From: Longimicrobiales bacterium | Lineage (GTDB): Bacteria; Gemmatimonadota; Gemmatimonadetes; Longimicrobiales; Gaopeijiaceae | Length of the DNA: 64,000 bases | NCBI GenBank assembly: GCA_965203485.1 | Contig: OZ241892.1 | Span: forward strand, 2,144,001 to 2,208,000 | Direction of reading: 5' to 3' | Part shown: piece by piece, positions 48,732 to 58,219 of the stretch | Layout of the letters: each line of letters starts with the position of its first letter | How positions within the stretch are numbered: position 1 is the stretch's first letter | The notes under the pieces: generated by a model | The model's input: the letters and a program-made list of their open reading frames with translations, nothing else | Told to the model about the DNA's origin: nothing | Database searches by the model: none | Made by a program: the position numbers and the translations under genes

Positions 48732-50603
48732 CTACTCGTGGGCGCGCAGCACTGCGAGGAAGTCCTCTCCGTAGCGAGCCAGCTTCTTTTCTCCCACTCC
48801 GGTGATGCCGGCGAATTCGGCCAGCGTCCGGGGACGGCGTTCCGCCATCTCGCGCAGGCTGGCGTCGTGAAAGATGACGTACGGCGGCACGCGCTGCTCC
48901 GCAGCCAGTTCGGTTCGGCGCTTCCGCAAGGCTTCCCACAGGGCGCCGTCGCCCGCACCGGCCCCTGCGGTCGCGTCCAAGCCGGCGGACGGCCCCCCGC
49001 CAACCCCCGCAACCGCTCCGGGGCGCGCGGCGGACCGCGTGCGGGGCCGACGGGCGGGCGCAAGGTTGTCGCGCCGCATCAGCACTTCGGTCTCGCCGCG
49101 CAGAACCGACCGGCTGGCCGCCGTCAGGCTCAGCGAACCGTAGCCCTCCATGTCCACTGCAAGCAACCCGCGCGCGACCAGTTGCCGCACGACCGAGCGC
49201 CATTCCCGGGCGCCCATGTCGCTCCCCACGCCGAACGTCGGAATGCGGTCGTGGCCGAATCTGCGTATCCGCTCGCTGCCGGCGCCGCGCAGCACGTCGA
49301 TCAGATAGGCGGCGCCGAACCGCTCGCCCGTTCTGGAGACGCAGGACAGCGCCTTCTGGGCGGCCTCGGTGGCGTCCCACGACTCCACGGGGACGAGGCA
49401 GTTGTCGCAGTTGCCGCACGGCTCCTCGAGCGACTCGCCGAAGTAGGCCAGCAACGTACGGCGCCGGCAGGTCGCGAGCTCGCAGTAGCCCAACAGCGCG
49501 TCCAGCTTGCGCACTTCGAGGCGCTTTCGCTCCCGGCCGGCGTCGGAGCCCTCGACCATTTGGCGCAACATCACGACGTCCTGCAACCCGTACGTCATCC
49601 ATGCGTCGGCCGGCTCGCCGTCCCGTCCCGCCCGTCCCGTCTCCTGATAATAGGCTTCGATGCTCTTGGGCAGATCGAGGTGGGCCACGAAGCGCACGTC
49701 GGGCTTGTCCACGCCCATGCCGAACGCGATGGTCGCGACCATTACCACGCCGTCGCCCTTGGCGAAGCGGTCCTGGTGGCGGCGGCGGACCTCCGGCGCG
49801 AGCCCCGCGTGGTAGGGGAGCGCATTCACGCCGTGGCCGCGCAACCATTCGGCGGTCTTCTCGACGCGCTTGCGCGACATGCAGTAGACGATGCCCGCAT
49901 GGCCGAGGTGGCGGTCGCCTAGAAAGCGGAGGAGCTGCTGGTGGGCGCTCTGCCGGGGGACGACGGAGTAGCGGATGTTGGGCCGGTCGAAGCCGCTCAC
50001 GAAGACGCGGGCGTCGCGGAGCCGGAGGCGCTGGAGGATTTCTTCGCGGGTGAGCTGGTCGGCCGTGGCCGTGAGCGCGATGCGGGGGACGTCCGGAAAC
50101 CGCTCCTGGAGGACGGCAAGGCGCAGGTACTCGGGCCTGAAGTCGTGGCCCCACTGGGAGACGCAGTGGGCCTCGTCGACCGCAAAGAGCGCCAAGCGGC
50201 TTCGGGCGAGCATGTTCAGCGTGTGTTCGCCGAGCAGTCGTTCCGGCGCCACGTACAGCAGGTCCAGCCTCCCGGCGGCCAGCTCGCTCCGCGCCTGGGC
50301 CGCCTCCTGCCGGGTCAACGAAGAATTGAGGCAGGCGGCCCGCACGCCGACTTGGCGCAGGGCCTCCACTTGGTCGCGCATGAGGGCGATCAGCGGCGAG
50401 ACGACGACGCCCACCCCGTCGCGCACGAGCGCGGGGATCTGGTAGCACAGCGACTTGCCGCCGCCGGTGGGCATCAGCACCAAGCTGTCGCCCCCGGCGA
50501 CGGTGTGCTCGACGACAGCCTCCTGCTGGCCGCGAAAGTCCGCGTATCCGAAGACGCGCTGCAGGGCCGCGCGGTGGGGGGACGGAGAAGGGGGATCGGA
50601 CAT
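48732..50603 (-). CDS. recQ: ATP-dependent DNA helicase RecQ
   Basis: [52 protein letters not shown]...CGNCDNC, RQC and HRDC (VPPYVIFHD). Confidence 0.96.
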   Translation of the reverse strand: MSDPPSPSPHRAALQRVFGYADFRGQQEAVVEHTVAGGDSLVLMPTGGGKSLCYQIPALVRDGVGVVVSPLIALMRDQVEALRQVGVRAACLNSSLTRQEAAQARSELAAGRLDLLYVAPERLLGEHTLNMLARSRLALFAVDEAHCVSQWGHDFRPEYLRLAVLQERFPDVPRIALTATADQLTREEILQRLRLRDARVFVSGFDRPNIRYSVVPRQSAHQQLLRFLGDRHLGHAGIVYCMSRKRVEKTAEWLRGHGVNALPYHAGLAPEVRRRHQDRFAKGDGVVMVATIAFGMGVDKPDVRFVAHLDLPKSIEAYYQETGRAGRDGEPADAWMTYGLQDVVMLRQMVEGSDAGRERKRLEVRKLDALLGYCELATCRRRTLLAYFGESLEEPCGNCDNCLVPVESWDATEAAQKALSCVSRTGERFGAAYLIDVLRGAGSERIRRFGHDRIPTFGVGSDMGAREWRSVVRQLVARGLLAVDMEGYGSLSLTAASRSVLRGETEVLMRRDNLAPARRPRTRSAARPGAVAGVGGGPSAGLDATAGAGAGDGALWEALRKRRTELAAEQRVPPYVIFHDASLREMAERRPRTLAEFAGITGVGEKKLARYGEDFLAVLRAHE

Positions 50604-50692
50604 CGGAGACGGCTCGTCGAACAAAGCCGGCGCCGAAGAAGCGGCCGTCCGGTTCGCGAAACGGGGGCGACCCGGCGCCCGCGGCCCGGAGG

Positions 50693-51088
50693 TCACCGGT
50701 CCCTCCGGCGGGATTCCGCCGCACCCCGGGCAGCGCTCGACACGGCGGCGGCCGCGCCCGCCGCCGTCCCGGCCACGAGAGCAGGAAGAGCTAGCGCGAA
50801 GACGACGACCAAGCCCTTCGGCAATCCCCCGGCCACGCTTCCGATCAGCCCGGCCACGTCCCACACCGGGGCCTCGAGTCCACGCCATAGAAGCAGGAAG
50901 GCCCAGCCAGCCGCTCCCGCCACGGCGCCCCGCGCGGCAACAATCAATGCGCTCGGGGGACCCCTCCGCTTCCGCTTGGCCTCCGCAAGTCCCAACGCGG
51001 CCCCCGCCAGGGGCGCCGCCCCCCAGCCGAAGAGAGGGGTTCCCCCGGCGACGGCGACCGCGGCGACCGCCGCCAGCAGTGCCGTCAC
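50693..51088 (-). CDS. Small hydrophobic membrane protein
   Basis: GTG overlaps the acylase stop (GTGA); about four hydrophobic segments. Confidence 0.55.
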   Translation of the reverse strand: MTALLAAVAAVAVAGGTPLFGWGAAPLAGAALGLAEAKRKRRGPPSALIVAARGAVAGAAGWAFLLLWRGLEAPVWDVAGLIGSVAGGLPKGLVVVFALALPALVAGTAAGAAAAVSSAARGAAESRRRDR

Positions 51089-53820
51089 CGCGGAGTCGGC
51101 TCCAGGATCAGCTCGGCCCGCACCAGTCCGCGAGCGCGCAGCTCCGCTTCCGTGCGCGGAAAGCGCAGGTTTTCGAGCTCCCCGCGCAACCAGAAGCTCA
51201 GCCGGTCGTCGTATCCGTCGCTCAGCGGATTGCCCGACTGCCCGCCCGGGAACGTCCCCCGCGCCGTCACTTCGTCGCCGAGTTCGACGACCATCCGCCA
51301 ACTCGCCCCGTGCGATCCGCTGGCCGACAGGGGACTCGGCAGTCCGGGGCCGCCAGTCGCCGCCAGGCCCAACCGCGAAAGGCCCGGGACGCGAAGCAGG
51401 TGGTGGATGTTGAAGCGCCGAGCGGCGCTCCACGCCCACCCGCCCCCGTCCTCGGCGCCGTGCTTCGCCCGCGTGCGCGCCAGTCCAGCCGCGAGGGCCC
51501 GTCGCAACAGGGCGTCGCGGTCCTCGGCTTCCGGCGTGGTCCGGTCGTCCCACCATGGGCTCCCGGGCGCCGACGCCAGCGTCCACAGCACGGTCTCGCG
51601 CGGCGTGGCGACCCGGTCGCCGTTCTCGTCGTTCAACTCGTCCCAAAGCAGGCTGTCCAACGCCGCCAGCGTCTCCTCGAACAACGCGGCGCGTTCGTTG
51701 TCCGGCGTGTAGGTTCCGTCCCAGGCGGCCAGCAGGCGGGCCGCCACGGCAAGATCCGCTTGCGTTCGCGGCAGGGCCGCAGGCGCCGACCCGCCGGCGG
51801 CCATCTCCGCGTGCGCGTAGTCCCCCGCGACGGAGGCCGCCGCCGACGGCCCACCTCCGCTCCCCGGCACATGCCCCGCCGCCGCCAGCAGGACGTCTCG
51901 GAAGAGGCGGACGCGAACGCTCGTGGGATGCGTCTGATACGCTTCGAAGTCGGCGGCCCCGTGGCGCTCCCGCGAGCGAAGCAGTTCGTTGATGGTCATC
52001 GCCCGCCACGGGTCCGGCCAATTGGACCCGAAGTAGGCGCCCCCGGTGGTCTCGGGGTCCAGGGGCTGCTGGTTGGCGGACGCCAGATAGCCCTGCCGCG
52101 GATCGACGGCGAGCGGGTAGCGGGTCGCCCGCCCCTGCCAATCGGACCGTCGCGTGGTTCCGTCGCGATAGGCGTCGCCGCGCACGCCTGCCGGGCGAAC
52201 GGGGTAGTGAGCGGCGCTCTGGACGGCGATCCGGCCGCTCCTGTCGGCGACCAGGCCGACCTGCGCGGGAGCTCCCCACGACGACATCGCCTCCAACCAC
52301 TCCCGCGCCGAGCGCGCACGTTGCGCTCGCATCAGCGCGTGCAGCTCGCCGCATTCCTCCAGCACCGTCCAGCGCAACGACGCAGGCCCGTCCCCGAAGT
52401 CCAGAAGCGGCCCCCGGTGCGTGCTGCGCACCGTGTCCACGGCGAGGAGCCGGCCGGCTGGATCCAGGAACGTCTCGATCCGGGCTTCCAGGGGCTCCCA
52501 CCGTCCGTCCAGCAGGTACCGGCGCGGAGATGCGTCGTCGTCGACGCGCTCGAGATACACGTCCATCACGTCGGCGCCCGTGTTGGTGAACGTCCACGCC
52601 ACGTCGCGGTTGAAGCCGATGACGACCGCGGGCACGCCCGCGAGCGTCACCCCGTAGACGTCGAGGTCGCCCGGCGCCACCAAGTGCGCCTCGTACCAGA
52701 TGCTGGGGAGGCTGAGACCGAGATGCGGGTCGCCCGCAAGAATCGCGTGGCCCGACGCCGAGCGGCTTGGCCCGACGGCCCAGCTGTTGCTGCCGGCGCC
52801 TGGGTTGGGGGACTCCAAGGCGGGGCCGGCCGGCGCTGCTTCGGCCGCAGCGCTCGACCCCGGTCCAGGCGGCGGCACGGCATCCTCCGAGAAGCGCGCG
52901 CCGAGGTGCGGAACGACCGGCTCCTGCAAGGGATTGTCGGCCGGAAAGAGGGCGTCCGCGGCATCTTCGCCGACGAGCGATGCCACCCTCGCCCGGCGGA
53001 CTTCGGCCGGGTCGAAGGTCAGCACCCATCCCATGCGCTTGAGGACGTGCAACGAATTCACGGGCTCCCACCGGGTCGGCCGCGCGTCCAGCAGGTGGTA
53101 TTCGAAGGGCCGCTCGGCCGGGGACTTCAGGCGCCCGATCCAGGCGTTCACGCCCTGCGCGTACGCCAGAACGGCATCGTGCGCCGCGCCCGCCGCGAGG
53201 CGCGCATCGTCCGGCGGCGCTCCCGGAGCCGATCGCGCGCCCGGCGGCACGGGCTCGTCCCCAGCCGACATCGCGCCCGGACCGCCTTCATGACCGCCGG
53301 CGCTCCCCGAATTCGGCGTTGCCCCGCACCGGCCCGCCGCCATGGCCTGCATGCCGCGCACCGCCGCGGAACCCAGTCCGAGCCTTCGCGTCTCGCGGTC
53401 GAAGGCCAACGCCGCCGGTCCCACCCACTCGCTCAGCGTGCCGGCGGTGGCTCGCGTCTGCGCCTCCATCTGAAAGAGTCGGTCGCGGGCCACGACGTAC
53501 CCGAGAGCCCGGTGGGCGTCCGCCGCGCTCGACGCGAAGACGTGCGGGACCGAGCGGTCGTCGTAGACCACGCGCACCCCGGCCTCCAATCCGGCGACCA
53601 CGGCGGTGTCCGACGGCGGGAGAACGGCGAACTTGGCCACGTTCCAGACGCCGCCCGCAGGATCGAAGAACGGCCCCAGCGGCGGCAGCGGCCCGAGCGG
53701 GCAACCCGCCAGCGCCAACGCGCCGGCCGAGACCGCGAGCCACGCGGCCAGCTTCACGACCCCCGGCGGCGCATTCTCCCGACCCTGCCGGCGCCACCCA
53801 GCCGCCACGTGCCCCGGCAC
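51085..53820 (-). CDS. Penicillin acylase family Ntn-hydrolase
   Basis: [23 protein letters not shown] (catalytic Ser), GDPHL, WTFTN and PGGQSGNP. Start approximate. Confidence 0.92.
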   Translation of the reverse strand: MPGHVAAGWRRQGRENAPPGVVKLAAWLAVSAGALALAGCPLGPLPPLGPFFDPAGGVWNVAKFAVLPPSDTAVVAGLEAGVRVVYDDRSVPHVFASSAADAHRALGYVVARDRLFQMEAQTRATAGTLSEWVGPAALAFDRETRRLGLGSAAVRGMQAMAAGRCGATPNSGSAGGHEGGPGAMSAGDEPVPPGARSAPGAPPDDARLAAGAAHDAVLAYAQGVNAWIGRLKSPAERPFEYHLLDARPTRWEPVNSLHVLKRMGWVLTFDPAEVRRARVASLVGEDAADALFPADNPLQEPVVPHLGARFSEDAVPPPGPGSSAAAEAAPAGPALESPNPGAGSNSWAVGPSRSASGHAILAGDPHLGLSLPSIWYEAHLVAPGDLDVYGVTLAGVPAVVIGFNRDVAWTFTNTGADVMDVYLERVDDDASPRRYLLDGRWEPLEARIETFLDPAGRLLAVDTVRSTHRGPLLDFGDGPASLRWTVLEECGELHALMRAQRARSAREWLEAMSSWGAPAQVGLVADRSGRIAVQSAAHYPVRPAGVRGDAYRDGTTRRSDWQGRATRYPLAVDPRQGYLASANQQPLDPETTGGAYFGSNWPDPWRAMTINELLRSRERHGAADFEAYQTHPTSVRVRLFRDVLLAAAGHVPGSGGGPSAAASVAGDYAHAEMAAGGSAPAALPRTQADLAVAARLLAAWDGTYTPDNERAALFEETLAALDSLLWDELNDENGDRVATPRETVLWTLASAPGSPWWDDRTTPEAEDRDALLRRALAAGLARTRAKHGAEDGGGWAWSAARRFNIHHLLRVPGLSRLGLAATGGPGLPSPLSASGSHGASWRMVVELGDEVTARGTFPGGQSGNPLSDGYDDRLSFWLRGELENLRFPRTEAELRARGLVRAELILEPTPR

Positions 53821-53829
53821 GGACCTCGC

Positions 53830-55080
53830 CTACCCCGCCTGCGCCCGCAAGCGCTGGCGCTTCACGTAGGTCGCCGTCCGCCACGCCCACTCCAGCGGCC
53901 CGAAGCGGAAACGCGCCAGCCACCAGGGCGACCACAGCAGCTGGAGGCCCCACACGGCCGCCACGACGCCGAGCTGCTCCAGCCGCCCCAGCCGCCCGAA
54001 CAACCCCAGCCCGTGCCCGTAGAAGACCAGCGTGCAGACGACGCTCTGAGCCACGTAGTTGGTCAGCGCCATCCGCCCCGCCGCCGCCAGCCTCCGCTGC
54101 AACCCCGCGAGCCGGCCGGTGCGGGCCGCCAGCATGACGAGGCCCAGGTACGCCGCCGCCACCCCCAGCGATCCCACGTAGTTGAACAGCTGCCCCTGGA
54201 ACATCGACGCCTCCATCGCAAAGCCCGCGCGCACATTGTAGACCATTCCGAGCACGATCACGGGGAACCCCAAGCCCGCGCCCGTCGCCGCCATGCGCTT
54301 GTAGAACCCGGGCGAGCGCGCCGCCGACAGCACTCCCCACCGGTAGAGGGCCATTCCGACCAGCATCGCCCCTCCCGCTCGCCAGAGGAAGAAGCTCAGG
54401 AACACGACGGTCTCCATGCCCAGAGCCTCCTCGGAACGAAGAGGCTGCTGCTCCAGCCATCCGCCCCGGTACGCCTCGATCTCGGCGTCCATCGCGTCGC
54501 GCGACGGCGCCCACTCCCGCTCCTGCACCGCGCGTTCCTCCGCCGGCCAGTACGGGACCGACGCCCCGAAGCCGCCCCACAGCGGAAGCACCACGGCGAT
54601 CACGCAGGCGCCCAGTGCCAGCAGCCGCCGGGGCCGCAGGTTGCGGAGCGGATAGAGGAGCATGCCGCAGAGCGCGTACGCCACGAGGATGTCGCCCATC
54701 CAGATCAAGTGCGCGTGGGCCAGCCCGATGGCCACCAGCCACAGATGGCGCCGGTAGTGCAAGCCGGGCGCCGCCGGCAGTCCCCGGGCCGCCAAGCGGT
54801 CCGAGGCCATCGCGATTCCGGCCCCGAAGAGCGCCGAGAACAGCGTCAGGAACTTGGCCTCCGCGAACAGGTGCACCGCGCCCCAGGCCCAGAACTCCAC
54901 GCCCTCGAGCCTTCCGTCCACAAAGGGGTTCAGGTACGCCGCCCCCACCGTCGCGAAGGCGCCGACGTTGACCAGCAGGATGCCCATCAACGCGAACCCG
55001 CGCAGGACGTCGATGGCGACGATGCGCTCGGAGGCTGCGGTGGGGACGGCCTTCGCGGACGGGGCGGCGGGCATGGACAT
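53830..55080 (-). CDS. DUF418 (YeiB-like) membrane protein
   Basis: RIVAIDVLRGFALMGILLVN, KF..LFS.LFG, GDIL..YA, GRMALTNY..QS and GPLEWAWR. Confidence 0.9.
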   Translation of the reverse strand: MSMPAAPSAKAVPTAASERIVAIDVLRGFALMGILLVNVGAFATVGAAYLNPFVDGRLEGVEFWAWGAVHLFAEAKFLTLFSALFGAGIAMASDRLAARGLPAAPGLHYRRHLWLVAIGLAHAHLIWMGDILVAYALCGMLLYPLRNLRPRRLLALGACVIAVVLPLWGGFGASVPYWPAEERAVQEREWAPSRDAMDAEIEAYRGGWLEQQPLRSEEALGMETVVFLSFFLWRAGGAMLVGMALYRWGVLSAARSPGFYKRMAATGAGLGFPVIVLGMVYNVRAGFAMEASMFQGQLFNYVGSLGVAAAYLGLVMLAARTGRLAGLQRRLAAAGRMALTNYVAQSVVCTLVFYGHGLGLFGRLGRLEQLGVVAAVWGLQLLWSPWWLARFRFGPLEWAWRTATYVKRQRLRAQAG

Positions 55081-55146
55081 GGACGTTCCTAGCGGGATCG
55101 CGGGCGCTGGCGGCGGGTCGGCGCCGGGACGTTAACATGGGCGCCG

Positions 55147-55174
55147 GGACGCTGGAATGCGCAAACGGGCCGCC
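55147..55174 (+). repeat. 28-bp direct repeat, left copy
   Basis: GGACGCTGGAATGCGCAAACGGGCCGCC; 26/28 identical to 62545-62572. Confidence 0.8.
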
Positions 55175-55290
55175 CGGTGAGGAGAGCGCGTGTCCGCAGC
55201 CCAGGCGAGTCCCAGCCCGGGCTGGACTGGATCACGGCACGCCGCCACGTGCAACTCGCCTAGCCGGGCGGGAACCTTCTTCGCCACCCC

Positions 55291-55979
55291 CGTGTACCAA
55301 AGACTGAAGGCACCGCCCGTCTGGCGGTTGCCGTCCCGCTGGCCCTGCTCGTTGCCGCCTGCGACGGTCCGATCGTCGGCGTGGACGGCGTGGCCATGTC
55401 GAACCGCCAACACTGCTCTGGCGGTTCTCAAATGCCGACGTGACGAACGAGAAGCGCAACGCCTACAGCTGGACCGGCCGCGCCGTGTCCACGGGAAGGG
55501 TGCGAGTCTCGGGCGCCGCGGCCGGCAACAGCTTCACGATGACCGAGACGGTGACGGTCGAGGACCGCGGATGGCAATGGCCCGTGACGACGAGATGGGC
55601 CTTGGGCTCGGAGCTGGACGGTTGCGTGAGCTGGCCGGGCAAGAGCGGCGCCACGCGCCCAGCCAACTGCGCCGACGGGTGGATCGACGAGGACGGGTTT
55701 TCCGTTGTGCAGGGCTCGGGACCTTGGGCGGGCCTGCACTACGTGACGAACCCCGCGGCCAGCCTGGACATCGTCGCGGCGCTCAACCCCAGATACCGAG
55801 CGAACGGCCCGTCGCATCCCTTGAGGGGGCACCAAAGGCTCGTCACGGCCTGCCGCAGCCGGTACCCAGCCTCGATCTTGATCAACATTTCAGTTCTGGA
55901 TGTTCGAGTCGGTAGCCCGGCGATGGGGCTGGGGCACGATTACGGTCCGGCACTAGCAGAGAAAGGGACGAAATCATGA
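55291..55979 (+). pseudogene. Probable degraded lipoprotein gene
   Basis: A lipobox-like LAVAVPLALLVAAC (from 55321) lacks a start codon and stops at 55443; a beta-rich frame continues at 55440-55979. Confidence 0.35.
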
Positions 55980-57085
55980 AGCTTCCAATCATCGGACTGC
56001 TCGCGGTCGCCGCCAGCTTGGCCGCGCAACCCACGATCGCCGCCCAGGAAAGACCGTCTCCGCCGACGCCGACCGCTGCGTTGGCGGGACTCCGCGCGGA
56101 GCGCTCCGCCGACGCCGTCGCGATTCTGACGCAACTGCACGGCCCCCGGCCGCAAAGCGAGCTGGACGCCTTCGCCGACAGCTTGGTCGCGTTGGCAATC
56201 GCGGGCTACTTATCCGGCGCCCCGGGCGGCGCAGATGCTGAGGTCGCATTGTCGATTTCGGCGTTTCCGGAAGAGCAGAACGCCATCCCCTATGCCGGTG
56301 CCTACGACGCCATCGAGCGCATCTTCACAGCGACGGAGTCTGGAGCCCCGCTGGGTGCGATGGCCGACATCGACCCGCGCCGGGCGCTGCGGCTCATCCT
56401 CGAACTCGTTCGGAAAGACGACTTCGTCGCCTGCATCGCAAGGCTTAGGCTCGTACAGATGGACGAGGGAAAGGAACTCGCGCGCGAGCTGAGCGACAGC
56501 GGCGCATTCGTGCACTGGTGCCCGGGGGACGGCCTCCGCGAAGAAGTCACCATCGCGCTGGACCCTCCTGTGTCGTCGCCCGACTACATCCTGGCGATCC
56601 TGAAGATGGAGAATGCCGACGGCGTCGAGCTGGCCGTGGCCTTCCTGACCCAGATCGAGGGACGGTGGGAAGCCGAAGCCCTGGACGCCTTCGCCGACAG
56701 CTTGGTCGCCCTGGCGGCGCTCGGCGACAACGAAAGCCCGCTTGCCGGGCGAGCCCTCGAAGCGCTGGAGAAGTCGGCGCTTCCCGTCCACCCGGCCGCA
56801 TGGCCGTACGCACGCGCCTACGACGCCGTGACGCGGGTCTTCGAGGCCACGGGGTCGCAGGCCGCCCTCGAGTCGTTGGCGAGGATCGACGCCGACCGCG
56901 CCTCCGCCTTCCTGGCCGAAGCAACGCGCCGAGACGACCTCTTGTCGTGCAAGGCGCGCACCGTCTTGGCGAGGCTGGCGAACGGTCCCCGCCTGCTCCG
57001 CGAACTCGAGGCCGCGGGCGCGTTGAAGTTCCGATGCGAGGAAGACTTGCAACGAGCCTTCTCGGTGAGCCCGCAGGCGACTTGA
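55976..57085 (+). CDS. Secreted hypothetical protein with internal duplication
   Basis: Signal peptide; two ~170-aa repeats sharing LDAFADSLVALA, PYA.AYDA..R.F.AT and DD...C.AR; RBS upstream. Confidence 0.75.
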   Translation: MKLPIIGLLAVAASLAAQPTIAAQERPSPPTPTAALAGLRAERSADAVAILTQLHGPRPQSELDAFADSLVALAIAGYLSGAPGGADAEVALSISAFPEEQNAIPYAGAYDAIERIFTATESGAPLGAMADIDPRRALRLILELVRKDDFVACIARLRLVQMDEGKELARELSDSGAFVHWCPGDGLREEVTIALDPPVSSPDYILAILKMENADGVELAVAFLTQIEGRWEAEALDAFADSLVALAALGDNESPLAGRALEALEKSALPVHPAAWPYARAYDAVTRVFEATGSQAALESLARIDADRASAFLAEATRRDDLLSCKARTVLARLANGPRLLRELEAAGALKFRCEEDLQRAFSVSPQAT

Positions 57086-57100
57086 AGGCCGACTACGAGG

Positions 57101-57508
57101 TCAAGCCGGTTCGCCGCTGGCAACTTCGTAGACCAAGCGGGCGCCCTCGAATGCCTCCCGGGCGTCGTCCGGCCCGTAGAACTGGCTGGGCGTGAGGTCC
57201 TCGCTGCCGTAGAACGCGAGTTCCCGGTCTCGGCGCAACCCGCGCGAGATCCGCACCAAGTCGTCGAGACGGCGACGGACGCGCTCGGGCAACCGAGACG
57301 CGTTCTCGACCAAGACTCCGCTCACGTCGTGGACGCGGGGCGGCTCCACCCCGGCGCGGCGCAGCGCCGCCTTGAGGCAGATCTCGACGACCTCCTGCGA
57401 CTCCCGCACCACGTCGGCCCAGCTCTCCTCGTCCATGAGCACGGCGACGGCCTTGAGCCGGCTTCGCGCCCGGCGCAGATAGTCGGCCGCCAAGTCAGGG
57501 TTTCTCAA
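57101..57508 (-). CDS. HEPN domain protein
   Basis: ADVVRESQEVVEICLKA, PPRVHDV and RELAFYG; 135 aa; overlaps the MNT gene. Confidence 0.85.
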   Translation of the reverse strand: MRNPDLAADYLRRARSRLKAVAVLMDEESWADVVRESQEVVEICLKAALRRAGVEPPRVHDVSGVLVENASRLPERVRRRLDDLVRISRGLRRDRELAFYGSEDLTPSQFYGPDDAREAFEGARLVYEVASGEPA

Positions 57509-58109
57509 CGTCTTCGCCTCCCCGCAACCAATACGGCTGCCCGTGCGCCCGCCGCCGCCGCAAGACCCCTTCCGCCATCAGGTCGCGGGCCTCGGATATC
57601 CAGCGCGAGACCGCGCAACTCCGCTGCCACAGAACGACGCCGTGAAGCGCGGCCTCCAGCCAAAGCCCGCCTCCCCCGTCCGCGGCTCCGGGCCGCCCGG
57701 CAGGGAGCACGGCGAAGTGGGGGTTCACCTGGGCGCCCAACGCTCTGATCTCGAGGGCCGGGGCGAGCGTGCGATCCCACGCCGCGTAGCGCTCCCGGCC
57801 CAGCGCGGCGCCGTCCCGAAGGACGAGCAGCAAGTCCACATCCGAGCCGGGGCCGTCCCAGCCCTGCGCCCGAGAGCCGAACAGCGCCACGCCCTCCAGC
57901 TCCTCGCCCACGGCGTCGACAATGACGGCGGCCGCGGCCTGCCAAGTTCGCGAGTGTCCGGGCGCCGCATCCTCCACCAAGTCCCGCAACGCTTCGGCGC
58001 AGTACCTGTTGAGGGACTTGCCCGCCTCCCCGGCCCGCCGTCGCAACGCAAGGTGCAACGCCGGGGCGACCCGCAGCAGGAAACGGCCAGAAGCCGGTTT
58101 GGAGGACAT
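57495..58109 (-). CDS. HicB-like ribbon-helix-helix domain fused to a minimal nucleotidyltransferase (MNT antitoxin)
   Basis: N-terminal SGRFLLRV.P.LH..L...A...GKSLN.YC; GSX10DXD motif LFGSRAQGWDGPGSDVDLL. Confidence 0.85.
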   Translation of the reverse strand: MSSKPASGRFLLRVAPALHLALRRRAGEAGKSLNRYCAEALRDLVEDAAPGHSRTWQAAAAVIVDAVGEELEGVALFGSRAQGWDGPGSDVDLLLVLRDGAALGRERYAAWDRTLAPALEIRALGAQVNPHFAVLPAGRPGAADGGGGLWLEAALHGVVLWQRSCAVSRWISEARDLMAEGVLRRRRAHGQPYWLRGGEDVEKP

Positions 58110-58112
58110 GAC

Positions 58113-58147
58113 GATATCATGATATCAGCGTGAGGGCAGCCGGTCAA
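58113..58147 (-). promoter_or_regulatory. Sigma70-type promoter with overlapping operator for the MNT-HEPN operon
   Basis: Minus strand TTGACC-N17-TATCAT-N9-ATG; perfect palindrome GATATCATGATATC at 58113-58126. Confidence 0.75.
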
Positions 58148-58219
58148 CGTCATGCCCCCGGCCGACGCGCCGCAGCGGGCTCGGGACAAGCGTGAATCGC
58201 AGATGTCGAACGAGCTTCG

